From an uncultured Acidimicrobiales bacterium (lineage in GTDB: Bacteria > Actinomycetota > Acidimicrobiia > Acidimicrobiales > DATKAS01), in the NCBI GenBank assembly GCA_963733765.1, contig CAVTEI010000003.1:1935711-1999710 (forward strand): DNA of 64,000 bases. The letters run 5' to 3'. Positions 7,198 to 16,067 of this stretch are shown piece after piece (position 1 is the stretch's first letter; each line of letters begins with the position of its first letter). The notes under the pieces were generated by a model. That model was given only the letters and a program-made list of their open reading frames with translations, was not told the origin of the DNA and searched no databases. The position numbers were made by a program, and so were the translations under genes.

Positions 7198-8712
7198 GTG
7201 CTCGCCATCATTCCGTCCGCCACGCTGCTCGGCGTCGAAGGTCGCCCGGTCACCGTCGAAGTGCACGTCTCGAACGGGCTTCCCGCGTTCACGATCGTGG
7301 GGCTGCCCGACACCGCATGTCGGGAGTCGCGTGATCGGGTGCGCTCCGCGCTGCTGTCCGGAGGCTTCGCGTGGCCGCTCAAGCGGATCACGGTGAACCT
7401 GGCGCCGTCGGGCGTGCGCAAGGGAGGCTCGGGCCTCGACCTCGCGATCGCGTTGGGCGTGCTTGTTGCGAACGGGGATCTCGATGCGGGTGCCGCCAAG
7501 GACATGGCGTTCGTCGCCGAGCTCGGTCTCGACGGGCGGCTGCGGCGGGTGCCCGGCATTGTCCCCCTCACCGCCGTCGTCGCTTCCGCGGTGGTGGTCG
7601 TCGCGCCTGACTGCGCGACCGAAGCCCGCCTCGCGCACGACGGACAGGTGCGGGTCGCGACCACGCTCAAAGAGCTCGTCGAGTGCCTGAGGGGTGATGC
7701 GCCATGGCCCGATGTCGTTCATCCGCCCGACGACGCGAACCCGCCGCTGATCGCCGATCTCGCGGACGTCCGGGGTCACGAGCTCGGGCGGCTCGCGGTC
7801 GAGGTCGCCGCGGCTGGCAACCACCATCTGCTCATGGTCGGGCCGCCGGGCTCGGGCAAGACGATGCTGGCGACCCGGTTGCCCGGCCTGCTCCCGCCGC
7901 TCACGAGTGCGCAGGCGCTCGAGGTGACGATCGTCCACTCGGCGGCTGGCGTTCCGCTGCCTCGCGGCGGGCTCGTGCGTCATCCGCCGTTCCGGGCGCC
8001 GCATCACAGCTCGTCGATGGTGTCGCTCGTCGGCGGGGGCGGCGCCTACATGCGTCCCGGCGAGCTCAGCCTCGCGACACATGGCGTGCTCTTTCTCGAC
8101 GAGCTCGCCGAGTTCATCGCGCCCGTGATCGACGGCCTGCGCCAACCGCTCGAAGAGGGAGTCGTGCGGGTCAGTCGGGCTCGCGCGAGCGTGACCTTCC
8201 CCGCCAAGGTGCTGCTCGTCGCGGCGATGAACCCGTGTCCGTGCGGCGAGGGTGGACCTCCGGGCGCGTGCCCTTGCAACGAGGCGGTGCGCCATCGCTA
8301 TGTGCGCCGCGTGTCGGGTCCGCTCGTCGATCGATTCGACCTTCGCGTCCCCGTCATGCGGCCGAATGTCGACGACCTGCTCGGCGCCGCGGGCGGTGAG
8401 TCCACGGTCTGCGTGGCGGCCCGGGTTGCCGCCGCTCGGGCCCGCGCCCGGGAGCGGGGAGTCGAGTCCAACAGCGAGATCCCGTCGACGCAGCTCGACG
8501 AGGTGGCGCCTCTCACGCGTGCCGCGGCCGCACTACTGCGGCGCGAGCTCGAGGCCGGAAGGCTGTCAGGACGGGGTTTGCATCGCGTGCGCAGGGTCGC
8601 GCGCACGTTGTGCGATCTCCACGGCGGCGACGACGTCATCGCCGACGGTCACGTCGCAGTGGCGTTGCAGCTGCGGGTCGAACCCGTCGCGATCGATCGC
8701 TTCGTCGCATGA
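7198..8712 (+). CDS. comM: YifB/ComM family Mg-chelatase-like AAA+ ATPase
   Basis: 504 aa. N-terminal Lon-protease-like domain (GLPAFTIVGLPDTACRESRDRV), Walker A GPPGSGKT, and a Cys-rich CPCGEGGPPGACPC insert typical of ComM. Confidence 0.9.
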   Translation: MLAIIPSATLLGVEGRPVTVEVHVSNGLPAFTIVGLPDTACRESRDRVRSALLSGGFAWPLKRITVNLAPSGVRKGGSGLDLAIALGVLVANGDLDAGAAKDMAFVAELGLDGRLRRVPGIVPLTAVVASAVVVVAPDCATEARLAHDGQVRVATTLKELVECLRGDAPWPDVVHPPDDANPPLIADLADVRGHELGRLAVEVAAAGNHHLLMVGPPGSGKTMLATRLPGLLPPLTSAQALEVTIVHSAAGVPLPRGGLVRHPPFRAPHHSSSMVSLVGGGGAYMRPGELSLATHGVLFLDELAEFIAPVIDGLRQPLEEGVVRVSRARASVTFPAKVLLVAAMNPCPCGEGGPPGACPCNEAVRHRYVRRVSGPLVDRFDLRVPVMRPNVDDLLGAAGGESTVCVAARVAAARARARERGVESNSEIPSTQLDEVAPLTRAAAALLRRELEAGRLSGRGLHRVRRVARTLCDLHGGDDVIADGHVAVALQLRVEPVAIDRFVA

Positions 8713-9830
8713 GCGCGGCGTGTCCGGATGAGGCGTACGGCGTTGCGCTCGCCGCACTCCCGATGATGGGTCCGGCGCGGTTGCGTGCGCTTCTCGCGCG
8801 GTGGGCGCCCGCCGCGGCCTGGGCCGCGGTCGCCGCGGACCGCGCGCTCGATGATCGCATCGTCGCGGCCGCGTGCGGGCGTGATCGTCACGAGGTCAGA
8901 GCGGTCTGGGCTCGGGTCGCCAAGCACATCGAGCCCGCGCGAGAGCTGCAGCGATCGGAGCAGGCCGGCATCGCCGTGCACCTCCTCGGGCGCGCCGGGT
9001 ATCCGCCGGAGCTCGCAGCCGATGCCGAAGCGCCGGCGGTCTGCTTCGTGAAGGGGGACGCCACGCACCTCGCCTCACCGGCGCGGGTCGCGATCATCGG
9101 CACACGCTCGGCCACGGCGCCCGGCCTCGAGCTGGCCCATCGGCTCGGTCGCGATCTCGCCGCGGCCGGTGTGTCGATCGTGTCGGGACTAGCGCGTGGC
9201 ATCGACGCCGCGGCCCATCGAGGCGCTCTCGCCGTCGCTGCTGCTCCTCCGATCGGCGTGGTCGGCAGCGGGCTCGACGTCGTGTATCCGACGAACAACG
9301 CGAAGGTCTGGGCGGCTGTCGCCGAGCGCGGCGTGCTGCTCTCCGAGGCTCCGCCGGGCGCGCCGCCGTCGGCATGGCGGTTTCCCGCGCGCAACCGCCT
9401 CATCGCGTGTCTCGCCGACATCGTCGTAGTCGTCGAGTCGCGGGCGTCCGGCGGCTCGATGCTCACGGTCAAGGAGGCGATCCTGCGGGGGCGACAGGTG
9501 ATGGCGGTGCCCGGGGCCGTCAGCAGTGCTGCATCGGAAGGCACGAACCAGCTGATCTACGACGGGTGCTGCCCGGTGCGCGACTCGCTCGACGTGCTCG
9601 TGGCGCTCGGGCTCACCACTGCGTCGCGCGGTCGCGGCCGGGTCGGACGTCCACGCCCGAAGGGCGACGATGGCCGGCTGTTCTCGCTGCTCGACGCCGG
9701 CACGCCGCTCGACCTCGAGACGCTCGCGCGCAACTTCGAGCGCTCCCTCGCCGAGACCGCGCTCGCACTGGATCGACTCGAGGCTCAGGGTTGGGCCGAG
9801 CGCAACGGCGCCTGGTGGCAGGCGACATGA
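8709..9830 (+). CDS. dprA: DNA-processing protein DprA (Smf)
   Basis: The ATG at 8709 overlaps the comM stop (ATGA). Rossmann-like core RVAIIGTRSATAPGLELAHRLGRDLAAAGVSIVSGLARGIDAAAHRGAL. Confidence 0.9.
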   Translation: MSAACPDEAYGVALAALPMMGPARLRALLARWAPAAAWAAVAADRALDDRIVAAACGRDRHEVRAVWARVAKHIEPARELQRSEQAGIAVHLLGRAGYPPELAADAEAPAVCFVKGDATHLASPARVAIIGTRSATAPGLELAHRLGRDLAAAGVSIVSGLARGIDAAAHRGALAVAAAPPIGVVGSGLDVVYPTNNAKVWAAVAERGVLLSEAPPGAPPSAWRFPARNRLIACLADIVVVVESRASGGSMLTVKEAILRGRQVMAVPGAVSSAASEGTNQLIYDGCCPVRDSLDVLVALGLTTASRGRGRVGRPRPKGDDGRLFSLLDAGTPLDLETLARNFERSLAETALALDRLEAQGWAERNGAWWQAT

Positions 9831-9852
9831 CCGCGGCAGGCGACATGATCGG
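9817..9852. repeat. 18-bp tandem duplication spanning the dprA stop codon
   Basis: ggcaggcgacatgaccgc (9817-9834) is followed by ggcaggcgacatgatcgg (9835-9852); 16/18 identical. Confidence 0.9.
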
Positions 9853-9884
9853 GAGGAGTTGGTGCGCGCCGGTACCGTGCCTTC

Positions 9885-10766
9885 ATGGCCTGGGAGCGAG
9901 ACGCGTTCCTGCAGTCGCTCACCTCCGTCGCCCCGGCTACGCGCGAGGCCTATGGCCGCGACATCGAGGGTTTCGTCATTTGGGCTGAGCGCGCCGACAT
10001 CGACGGACCAGCTTGCGTCGACCGAACGATGCTTCGCCGCTACCTCGCGTACCTCGCCACGCGCCGCTACGCGCCACGCACGGTGGCGCGTCGCGCGTCC
10101 GCGCTCCGCCGCTACTTCGGGTGGTTGGCGCGGACGCGGCGCATCGAGGCCAACCCGTCGTCGGGGCTCCGGGCGCCGAAGGGCGAGTCTCGGCTGCCGC
10201 GGGTGCTCCGCGGCGACGAGCTGCGCGTGCTGCTCGACGACCCGCCCGCCACGGTCGACGACGACGACGAAGCGGTGCGGCTTCGTGACGATGCGGTGCT
10301 CGAGCTGCTCTACGGCAGCGGCTTGCGCGTCGCCGAGCTGTGCGGCCTGACCGTCGGCGACGTCGATGCCCGCCACCGCACGGTGACGGTGTGGGGAAAG
10401 GGCTCGAAGCAGCGGAAAGTGCCGATGAGCGAGCCGAGCGCCGAAGCAGTCGCCGCATGGCTGGCCCGAGGGCGCGATGGGCTCGTCACGAGCGAAAGCC
10501 CCGCGAATGCCACCTTTCTGAACCGCCGGGGTCGGCAGCTCACTCCCCGTGATGTGCGGCGCATCATCGACCGTCGGGCGATCTCGCCCACTCACCCCCA
10601 CGCGCTGCGGCACAGCTTCGCGACTCATCTTCTCGACGGTGGTGCCGATCTGAGAGCGGTCCAAGAGCTGCTCGGCCACGCCAACCTAGGGACCACACAG
10701 AGATATACGCATGTCAGCAAAGAGCGTCTCCGTGTTGTCCACGGAGCCACCCACCCCCGAGCCTGA
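9885..10766 (+). CDS. xerC: site-specific tyrosine recombinase XerC
   Basis: 293 aa. Catalytic region HALRHSFATHLLDGGADLRAVQELLGHANLGTTQRYTH. Conserved position after dprA. Confidence 0.85.
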   Translation: MAWERDAFLQSLTSVAPATREAYGRDIEGFVIWAERADIDGPACVDRTMLRRYLAYLATRRYAPRTVARRASALRRYFGWLARTRRIEANPSSGLRAPKGESRLPRVLRGDELRVLLDDPPATVDDDDEAVRLRDDAVLELLYGSGLRVAELCGLTVGDVDARHRTVTVWGKGSKQRKVPMSEPSAEAVAAWLARGRDGLVTSESPANATFLNRRGRQLTPRDVRRIIDRRAISPTHPHALRHSFATHLLDGGADLRAVQELLGHANLGTTQRYTHVSKERLRVVHGATHPRA

Positions 10767-11547
10767 TGAGCCGTCGCACGCGACGGCTGAGATCGATCGG
10801 CTCTGGAACGAGTTCAAGCGCAGCGGATCGCGCGCGCTACGCGACAAGCTGATCCTGCACTACTCGCCGCTGGCGAAGTACGTGGGCGCCCGCGTCGCGG
10901 CTGGCCTTCCTCAGAGCGTGGATCAGTCGGACCTCGTGAGCTACGGCATCTTCGGGTTGATCGATGCGATCGAGAAGTTCGACCTCGCTCGGGGCTACAA
11001 GTTCGAGACGTACGCGATCTCCCGGATCAAGGGTGCGATCCTCGACGAGCTCCGCTCCATCGACTGGGTGCCCCGTTCGGTTCGCGCCAAGTCGCGCTCG
11101 CTCGAGAAGGCGTACATGAAGCTCGAGGCCACGCTGCAGCGCAGCCCGACCGACGACGAGCTCGCGGCCGAGATGAGAGTGACGCCCGAACAGCTGCAGG
11201 CGCTGCTCACCCAGATCTCCTCGCTCGGTCTCGTCGCTCTCGACGAGACGCTCTCGTCGGGCGAACGGGGGGAGTCCTCGACACTCGGCGACACCATCCC
11301 CGACCGCTCGGACGGACCCGTCACCACGTATGAGACCGAGGAGATGCGCCACATCCTCGCGACGGCGATCAACACGATGCCCGAGCGGGAGAAGATCGTC
11401 CTCACGCTCTACTACTACGAGAGCCTCACGCTGGCCGAGATCGGCCTCGTCCTCGGCGTCACCGAGAGTCGGGTCTGCCAGATCCACACGAAGGCGGTGC
11501 TCCACCTGCGCGCCCGGCTGTCGGCCAGCGAGCGCGAGCTCGGCTGA
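10711..11547 (+). CDS. whiG: RNA polymerase sigma factor, WhiG/FliA (sigma-28) family
   Basis: Region 2 YKFETYAISRIKGAILDELRSIDWVPRSVR and region 4.2 LTLAEIGLVLGVTESRVCQIHTKA. The only in-frame start codons (ATG 10711, GTG 10732, TTG 10735) overlap the xerC 3' end, so the start is uncertain. Confidence 0.8.
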   Translation: MSAKSVSVLSTEPPTPEPDEPSHATAEIDRLWNEFKRSGSRALRDKLILHYSPLAKYVGARVAAGLPQSVDQSDLVSYGIFGLIDAIEKFDLARGYKFETYAISRIKGAILDELRSIDWVPRSVRAKSRSLEKAYMKLEATLQRSPTDDELAAEMRVTPEQLQALLTQISSLGLVALDETLSSGERGESSTLGDTIPDRSDGPVTTYETEEMRHILATAINTMPEREKIVLTLYYYESLTLAEIGLVLGVTESRVCQIHTKAVLHLRARLSASERELG

Positions 11548-11598
11548 TACCGTCGTCTCTCGCTTCCCCCGCGATCACTCGCGTCATGGGGGGAGCCC

Positions 11599-13227
11599 AT
11601 GCTCCGTCACCTCTGGGTGTGCACGGCGTGCGTCACGGCGTCGGTGCTGTCCGTCACTCCTGCGCTCGCCGCCGAAGACCTGCAGGGTCCGAGCCAGGTG
11701 CACTACGCGCCGCCCGTCGACGGCCCGATCATCGATCACTTCCGCGCACCGGCGGCGAGATGGGCGGCGGGCAACCGAGGCATCGACTACGAGGCGATCC
11801 CCGGCGAAGCGGTCCTCGCGTCGGCTGACGGCACCGTCGAGTTCGCGGGCCAAGTCGGCGGCACGTTGCACGTCGTCGTCAAACACGCGGACGGTCTCCG
11901 CACGAGCTATTCGTTCCTTGCCTCGGTCTCGGTGATCGAGGGCCAGCAACTCGCGCGCGGCACACCGGTCGGCCGCGCCGGAGCGTCGGTGCACTTCGGC
12001 GTGCGGCTCGGCGACACCTATCTCGATCCCGAGCTCGTGCTCGAGGGCCGCGCCTTCGGCGTGCGCCTCGTGCCGGTCGAGGACCAGACAGAAGCAGAAC
12101 GGCGGCTCGGCGAGATGGTGCGCGACGCGTTCGTCGACGAATGGGCCGCCGGCGGCGGTGGTGGTGTGCCCGCCGCTGTCGTGGGGTGGTTGCGCGACAC
12201 CGCGGATCCGGCCGAGCTGTTGCGTTTGGCCATCCACTACACCAAGGCCGTGTCGGTGCCGGTGCACATCGCGTCGGCAGGCTTCGCGGTCGCGCGGTGG
12301 TACCGACAGCGGACGACGTGCACCGCGAGCGATGGCGTCACCGCGATCGCGGAGCAACCCGTCGGCGACCACATCGTGGTGCTCGTCGCCGGGTTTGGGT
12401 CGTCGAGCGAGTCGGGCGCGGGCATCGACGGGGTCGACTTCGAGACGATCGGCATCCCCGTCGACCGGGTGATGCGGTTCTCCTACAACGGCGGACGCGT
12501 ACCCGGCTCATCCAGCGGCGCGAGCGGGCCGTTCGCCGCGCTCGACACGACGACCTACACGACCTTCGACAGCCAGCGACCGCTCGACGAGGCCGCGGAG
12601 CGTCTCCGTCAGACACTCGAGCAGGTCGCGGCCGAGAACCCCGGCGCCCCGATCGATGTGATCGGCCATTCGCAGGGCGGAGTGGTCGCGCTCCGCGCAC
12701 TCCAGCTCGGGGCCGCCGCCGGATCCCCGCCCGTGGGCGTCCGTCTCGTGACGATCGCGTCCCCGCACCGGGGAGACACGCTCGCGACCGGCGCTGACCT
12801 GCTGTCGCGCAGCCCCCTCCACGAGCTCGCGCTCGACGGTGCGGAGATCGCGATCCCGCAGTTCGCCGACGATGTGCACGACGACGGGTCGGCCCACGAC
12901 CTCTCAGCGGCGTCGGCGTTCATGGACGACTACCAATCGCGCGGGTTGCCGCCCGGGGTGTTCGCGGTGTCGATCGGCGGTCGCTGGGATCCGGTGGTGC
13001 CAGCGCGCGATGCGCGCCTCGACGGTGCCGCACACATCACTGTCGATGTCGGGGGCGTTGCCGCCCATGGCCGGCTGCCGTCCGCCGATGTCGTCACGAC
13101 ACAAGTCGCGCTGGCGGTTCGAGGAGCCCGACCGACCTGCGAGGGTCTGCTCGACGCACTCACCGACCACCTCGCTTCCGACGCCGTGGCCACGGCCGAG
13201 GACCTCGTCGCCCTTGGGTTGGGATGA
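11599..13227 (+). CDS. secreted M23 peptidase domain fused to a C-terminal alpha/beta-hydrolase (lipase/esterase-like) domain
   Basis: Signal peptide ...VTPALAAED. M23 core NRGIDYEAIPGEAVLASADGTVEFAGQVGGTLHVVVKHADGLRTSYSFL. C-terminal half has nucleophile elbow IDVIGHSQGGVVAL plus later Asp/His candidates (RWDPVVP, AAHGRLP). Confidence 0.8.
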   Translation: MLRHLWVCTACVTASVLSVTPALAAEDLQGPSQVHYAPPVDGPIIDHFRAPAARWAAGNRGIDYEAIPGEAVLASADGTVEFAGQVGGTLHVVVKHADGLRTSYSFLASVSVIEGQQLARGTPVGRAGASVHFGVRLGDTYLDPELVLEGRAFGVRLVPVEDQTEAERRLGEMVRDAFVDEWAAGGGGGVPAAVVGWLRDTADPAELLRLAIHYTKAVSVPVHIASAGFAVARWYRQRTTCTASDGVTAIAEQPVGDHIVVLVAGFGSSSESGAGIDGVDFETIGIPVDRVMRFSYNGGRVPGSSSGASGPFAALDTTTYTTFDSQRPLDEAAERLRQTLEQVAAENPGAPIDVIGHSQGGVVALRALQLGAAAGSPPVGVRLVTIASPHRGDTLATGADLLSRSPLHELALDGAEIAIPQFADDVHDDGSAHDLSAASAFMDDYQSRGLPPGVFAVSIGGRWDPVVPARDARLDGAAHITVDVGGVAAHGRLPSADVVTTQVALAVRGARPTCEGLLDALTDHLASDAVATAEDLVALGLG

Positions 13228-13252
13228 CCCGCTGTGATGACCCGCTGTGATG
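13223..13252. repeat. 13-bp tandem repeat (2.3 copies) at the stop codon of the M23-hydrolase gene
   Basis: gatgacccgctgt gatgacccgctgt gatg; the first copy contains the TGA stop (13225-13227). Confidence 0.9.
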
Positions 13253-13394
13253 GAGGCGCACCAGGGTCAACCGTCTACACTGGCCGGGCTCCGAGGGTCC
13301 CCTCGAGCACCACCTACACCATCACCCGTGCCCACCCGCGGTCGCCAGCAGGCGAAGGGTGCGGGCTTCGTCGAACCGCCGGGAGGAGAGCACC

Positions 13395-14462
13395 ATGGCG
13401 CCTGTCGTCACCATGAAGCAGCTGCTCGAGGCTGGCGTTCACTTCGGACACCAGACTCGCCGCTGGAATCCCAAGATGCAGCGCTTCATCTTCGGAGAGC
13501 GCAACGGCATCTACATCATCGATCTCCAGCAGACGCTGGCGCGGATCGAGACGGCCTACTCCTTCGTCCGCGATCTCGTCGCCGACGGCGGCTCCGTGCT
13601 CTTCATCGGCACGAAGAAGCAGGCGCAGGACCCGATCCAGTCCTACGCCGAGCGCTGCGGTATGCCCTACGTCAACGAGCGCTGGCTGGGCGGCATGCTC
13701 ACGAACTTCGAGACGATCGCGAAGCGCGTCGAGAAGATGCAGGAGTACGAGCGCATGCGCGCGACCGGTGAGTTCGATGCGATGCCCAAGAAAGAGGCGC
13801 TGATTCTCGGCCGCGAGCTCGTGAAGCTGCAGCGCAACCTCGGCGGGCTGCGCAGCATGACCAAGCTGCCGGAAGCCGTGTTCATCCTCGACACGAAGAA
13901 GGAGCACATCGCCGTCACCGAGGCGAACAAGCTCCACTTGCCGATCGTGGCTGTCGTCGACACGAACTGTGATCCCGACGTCATCCAGTACGTGATCCCG
14001 GGCAACGACGACGCGATCCGATCCGGCACCCTGATGTGCCGGATCCTCGCCGACGCGGTCGATGAGGGCCGGTTCATCGCCGCCCGCCGCAACCCGCGTG
14101 CCGCCGGCGGCCCGCCGCCCCGCGACGCGGCCGACGACGCCCGTATCGCCGCCGAGCAGGCTGAGGCTCGCAAGCAGGCCGCGGCTGCCGCGGCCGACCG
14201 CGAAGCCCGCGTCCTCGCCGCTCGTCAGAAGGCGCTCACCGAGGAAGAGCAACCGGCCGCTGAGCCCGCGACGGCTGAATCGGCGAGCGCCGAGCCCGCG
14301 ACGGCCGAGCCCGTCGCAGTTGAGGTCGACGCGCCCGTCGCCGCCGAGGTCGACGCGCCCGCCGCTGAGGCGCCCGGTGAGGAATCCGTCGCCACTGAGG
14401 TCGAGGCGCCCGCGGGCGACATCGCACCCGCGGCATCCGCTACCGAATCCACTGAGGAGTGA
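13395..14462 (+). CDS. rpsB: 30S ribosomal protein S2 with a long Ala/Pro/Glu-rich C-terminal tail
   Basis: [44 protein letters not shown]... is canonical S2. GGGAGGAG lies upstream of ATG 13395. The last ~110 aa are low complexity with internal repeats. Confidence 0.95.
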   Translation: MAPVVTMKQLLEAGVHFGHQTRRWNPKMQRFIFGERNGIYIIDLQQTLARIETAYSFVRDLVADGGSVLFIGTKKQAQDPIQSYAERCGMPYVNERWLGGMLTNFETIAKRVEKMQEYERMRATGEFDAMPKKEALILGRELVKLQRNLGGLRSMTKLPEAVFILDTKKEHIAVTEANKLHLPIVAVVDTNCDPDVIQYVIPGNDDAIRSGTLMCRILADAVDEGRFIAARRNPRAAGGPPPRDAADDARIAAEQAEARKQAAAAAADREARVLAARQKALTEEEQPAAEPATAESASAEPATAEPVAVEVDAPVAAEVDAPAAEAPGEESVATEVEAPAGDIAPAASATESTEE

Positions 14463-14471
14463 AAGACCCCG

Positions 14472-15267
14472 ATGGCTGAGTTCACCGCCAAGGACGTCCA
14501 AGAGGTTCGTCAGGCCACGGGCGCCGGCATGCTCGACAGCAAGAAGGCGCTCGAGGAGACGAACGGTGACAAGGAAGAGGCGATGCAGCTGCTGCGCGAG
14601 CGTGGCTTGGCTGCGTCTGCGAAGCGCGCCGATCGTGACAACACGCAGGGCGCTGTGGCCCTGGTGATCTCGGGTGATGCCGCCGCGATGGTCGAGCTGA
14701 AGTGTGAGACCGACTTCGTTGCGAAGTCCGAACAGTTCAACGCTGTCGCAAACGACCTCGCTCAAGCAGTGGTTGCGGGTGGCCCCGACGCCGCCAGTCA
14801 GCGCTCGGGCGATCTCGACGAGCTGAAGATCTCGCTCAAGGAGAACATCGAGCTCGGCCGCGTCGTGCAGTTCGTGAAGGGCGCTGGGAACGTTCTCGAC
14901 AGCTACCTGCACGTGCAGAGTGAGCGAGGCGTGAACGGCGTGCTCGTCGAGACGTCAGGAACCTCGCAGGAGGTCGCACACGACATCGCGGTCCACATCG
15001 CGTTCGCGCGCCCGAAGTACCTCACGCGCGACGAGGTGCCCGCGGAGGACGTAGAGAAGGAGCGCGGCGACGCTCGAGGCGATCACGCGAAACGAGGGAA
15101 AGCCCGAGCAGGCGATCTCGAAGATCGTCGAGGGGCGCCTCAACGGCTACTTCAAGGACCTGGTTCTGCTCGACCAGCCGTTCGCAAAGGACGACAAGAA
15201 GTCGGTGCGCGACGTGATCGGCTCGGGCTCGATCATCCGGTTCGCCCAGATCGAGATCGGCGCCTGA
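14472..15267 (+). CDS. tsf: elongation factor Ts, frame broken by one extra base near 15064-15066
   Basis: N-terminus [45 protein letters not shown]... runs to ...PAEDVEKER in the frame of ORF 14472. The conserved C-terminus [66 protein letters not shown] is in the +1 frame (open from 15055, stop 15265-15267). Confidence 0.9.
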
Positions 15268-15275
15268 GCCGCCCA

Positions 15276-16019
15276 GTGAGCGACGACGGCGAACGCAAAC
15301 CTCAGGCCCGCTGGAAGCGGGTGGTGCTGAAGCTCTCGGGAGAGGCGTTCGCCGAATCGAGCGGATACGGCATCGACGGCAACGTCGTCGAGCAGATTGC
15401 GAGCGAGATCGTCGACGTCCGCACGAACCTCGGTGTCGACATGGCGGTCGTGGTCGGCGGCGGCAACATCTGGCGGGGCATGCGCGGTGCGGGAAGCGGT
15501 ATGGACCGCGCGCAGTCGGACTACATGGGGATGCTCGCCACGCTGATCAACGCACTCGCCCTCCAGGATGCACTGGAGCGGCTCCATCAGGAGACGCGCG
15601 TGCAGACCGCGATCGAGATGGCGAAGGTCGCAGAGCCCTACATCCGACGACGCGCGATCCGGCACCTCGAGAAGGGCCGCGTCGTGATCTTCGCGGGCGG
15701 CACGGGCAACCCGTACTTCACCACCGACACCACCGCGGCCTTGAGGGCGGCCGAGATCGAGGCAGAGGCGATCCTGAAGGGCACGCATTCGGGGGTCGAC
15801 GGCGTGTACACCGCGGATCCCAAGCTCGACTCGACGGCCACGCGCTTCGATCGCGTGTCGTACATCGAGGTGCTCAACCGCGGTCTGAAGGTCATGGACT
15901 CCACGGCGATCACGTTCTGCATGGACAACAAGCTTCCGATCGTGGTGTTCGACCTCATGGAGCCGGGCAACATCCGGTCGGTGCTCGAAGGTGCGCACAT
16001 CGGTACGCTGGTCTCTTAG
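15276..16019 (+). CDS. pyrH: UMP kinase
   Basis: GTG 15276; [26 protein letters not shown]...[10 protein letters not shown]...[21 protein letters not shown]. In the track it is merged with tsf into a 515-aa chimeric ORF. Confidence 0.92.
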   Translation: MSDDGERKPQARWKRVVLKLSGEAFAESSGYGIDGNVVEQIASEIVDVRTNLGVDMAVVVGGGNIWRGMRGAGSGMDRAQSDYMGMLATLINALALQDALERLHQETRVQTAIEMAKVAEPYIRRRAIRHLEKGRVVIFAGGTGNPYFTTDTTAALRAAEIEAEAILKGTHSGVDGVYTADPKLDSTATRFDRVSYIEVLNRGLKVMDSTAITFCMDNKLPIVVFDLMEPGNIRSVLEGAHIGTLVS

Positions 16020-16067
16020 ATCCGTCCGTCACCCTGTCCAGTACGTGACGGCGTAGGGTCGTACGCC

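Noticed and set aside
9885-10766. Tyrosine recombinase as a marker of an integrated mobile element, with the 18-bp repeat at 9817-9852 as a possible att site
   Set aside because: The gene sits in the conserved dprA-xerC-whiG-rpsB arrangement and has XerC-type motifs. The repeat is a tandem duplication, not a pair of flanking direct repeats. No phage, transposase or cargo genes are adjacent.
13247-13771. 174-aa ORF starting at the tandem repeat after the M23-hydrolase gene and running through the rpsB 5' half
   Set aside because: It is out of frame with an unmistakable S2 coding sequence, and its product is Arg/Ala-rich with no motif.
14472-16019. Apparent 515-aa EF-Ts/UMP-kinase fusion protein
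   Set aside because: The middle ~70 aa are out-of-frame read-through of the tsf 3' end. The proper EF-Ts C-terminus and its stop are present in the +1 frame, and pyrH has its own GTG at 15276.
16034-16067. RecA-NDp-like (PafBC-dependent) promoter motif TGTCCAGT...TAGGGT upstream of frr
   Set aside because: The spacing between TGTC and the TAnnnT element is about 3 nt longer than the consensus I remember, and the GTG part of the motif is missing. TAGGGT may still be an ordinary -10 element.
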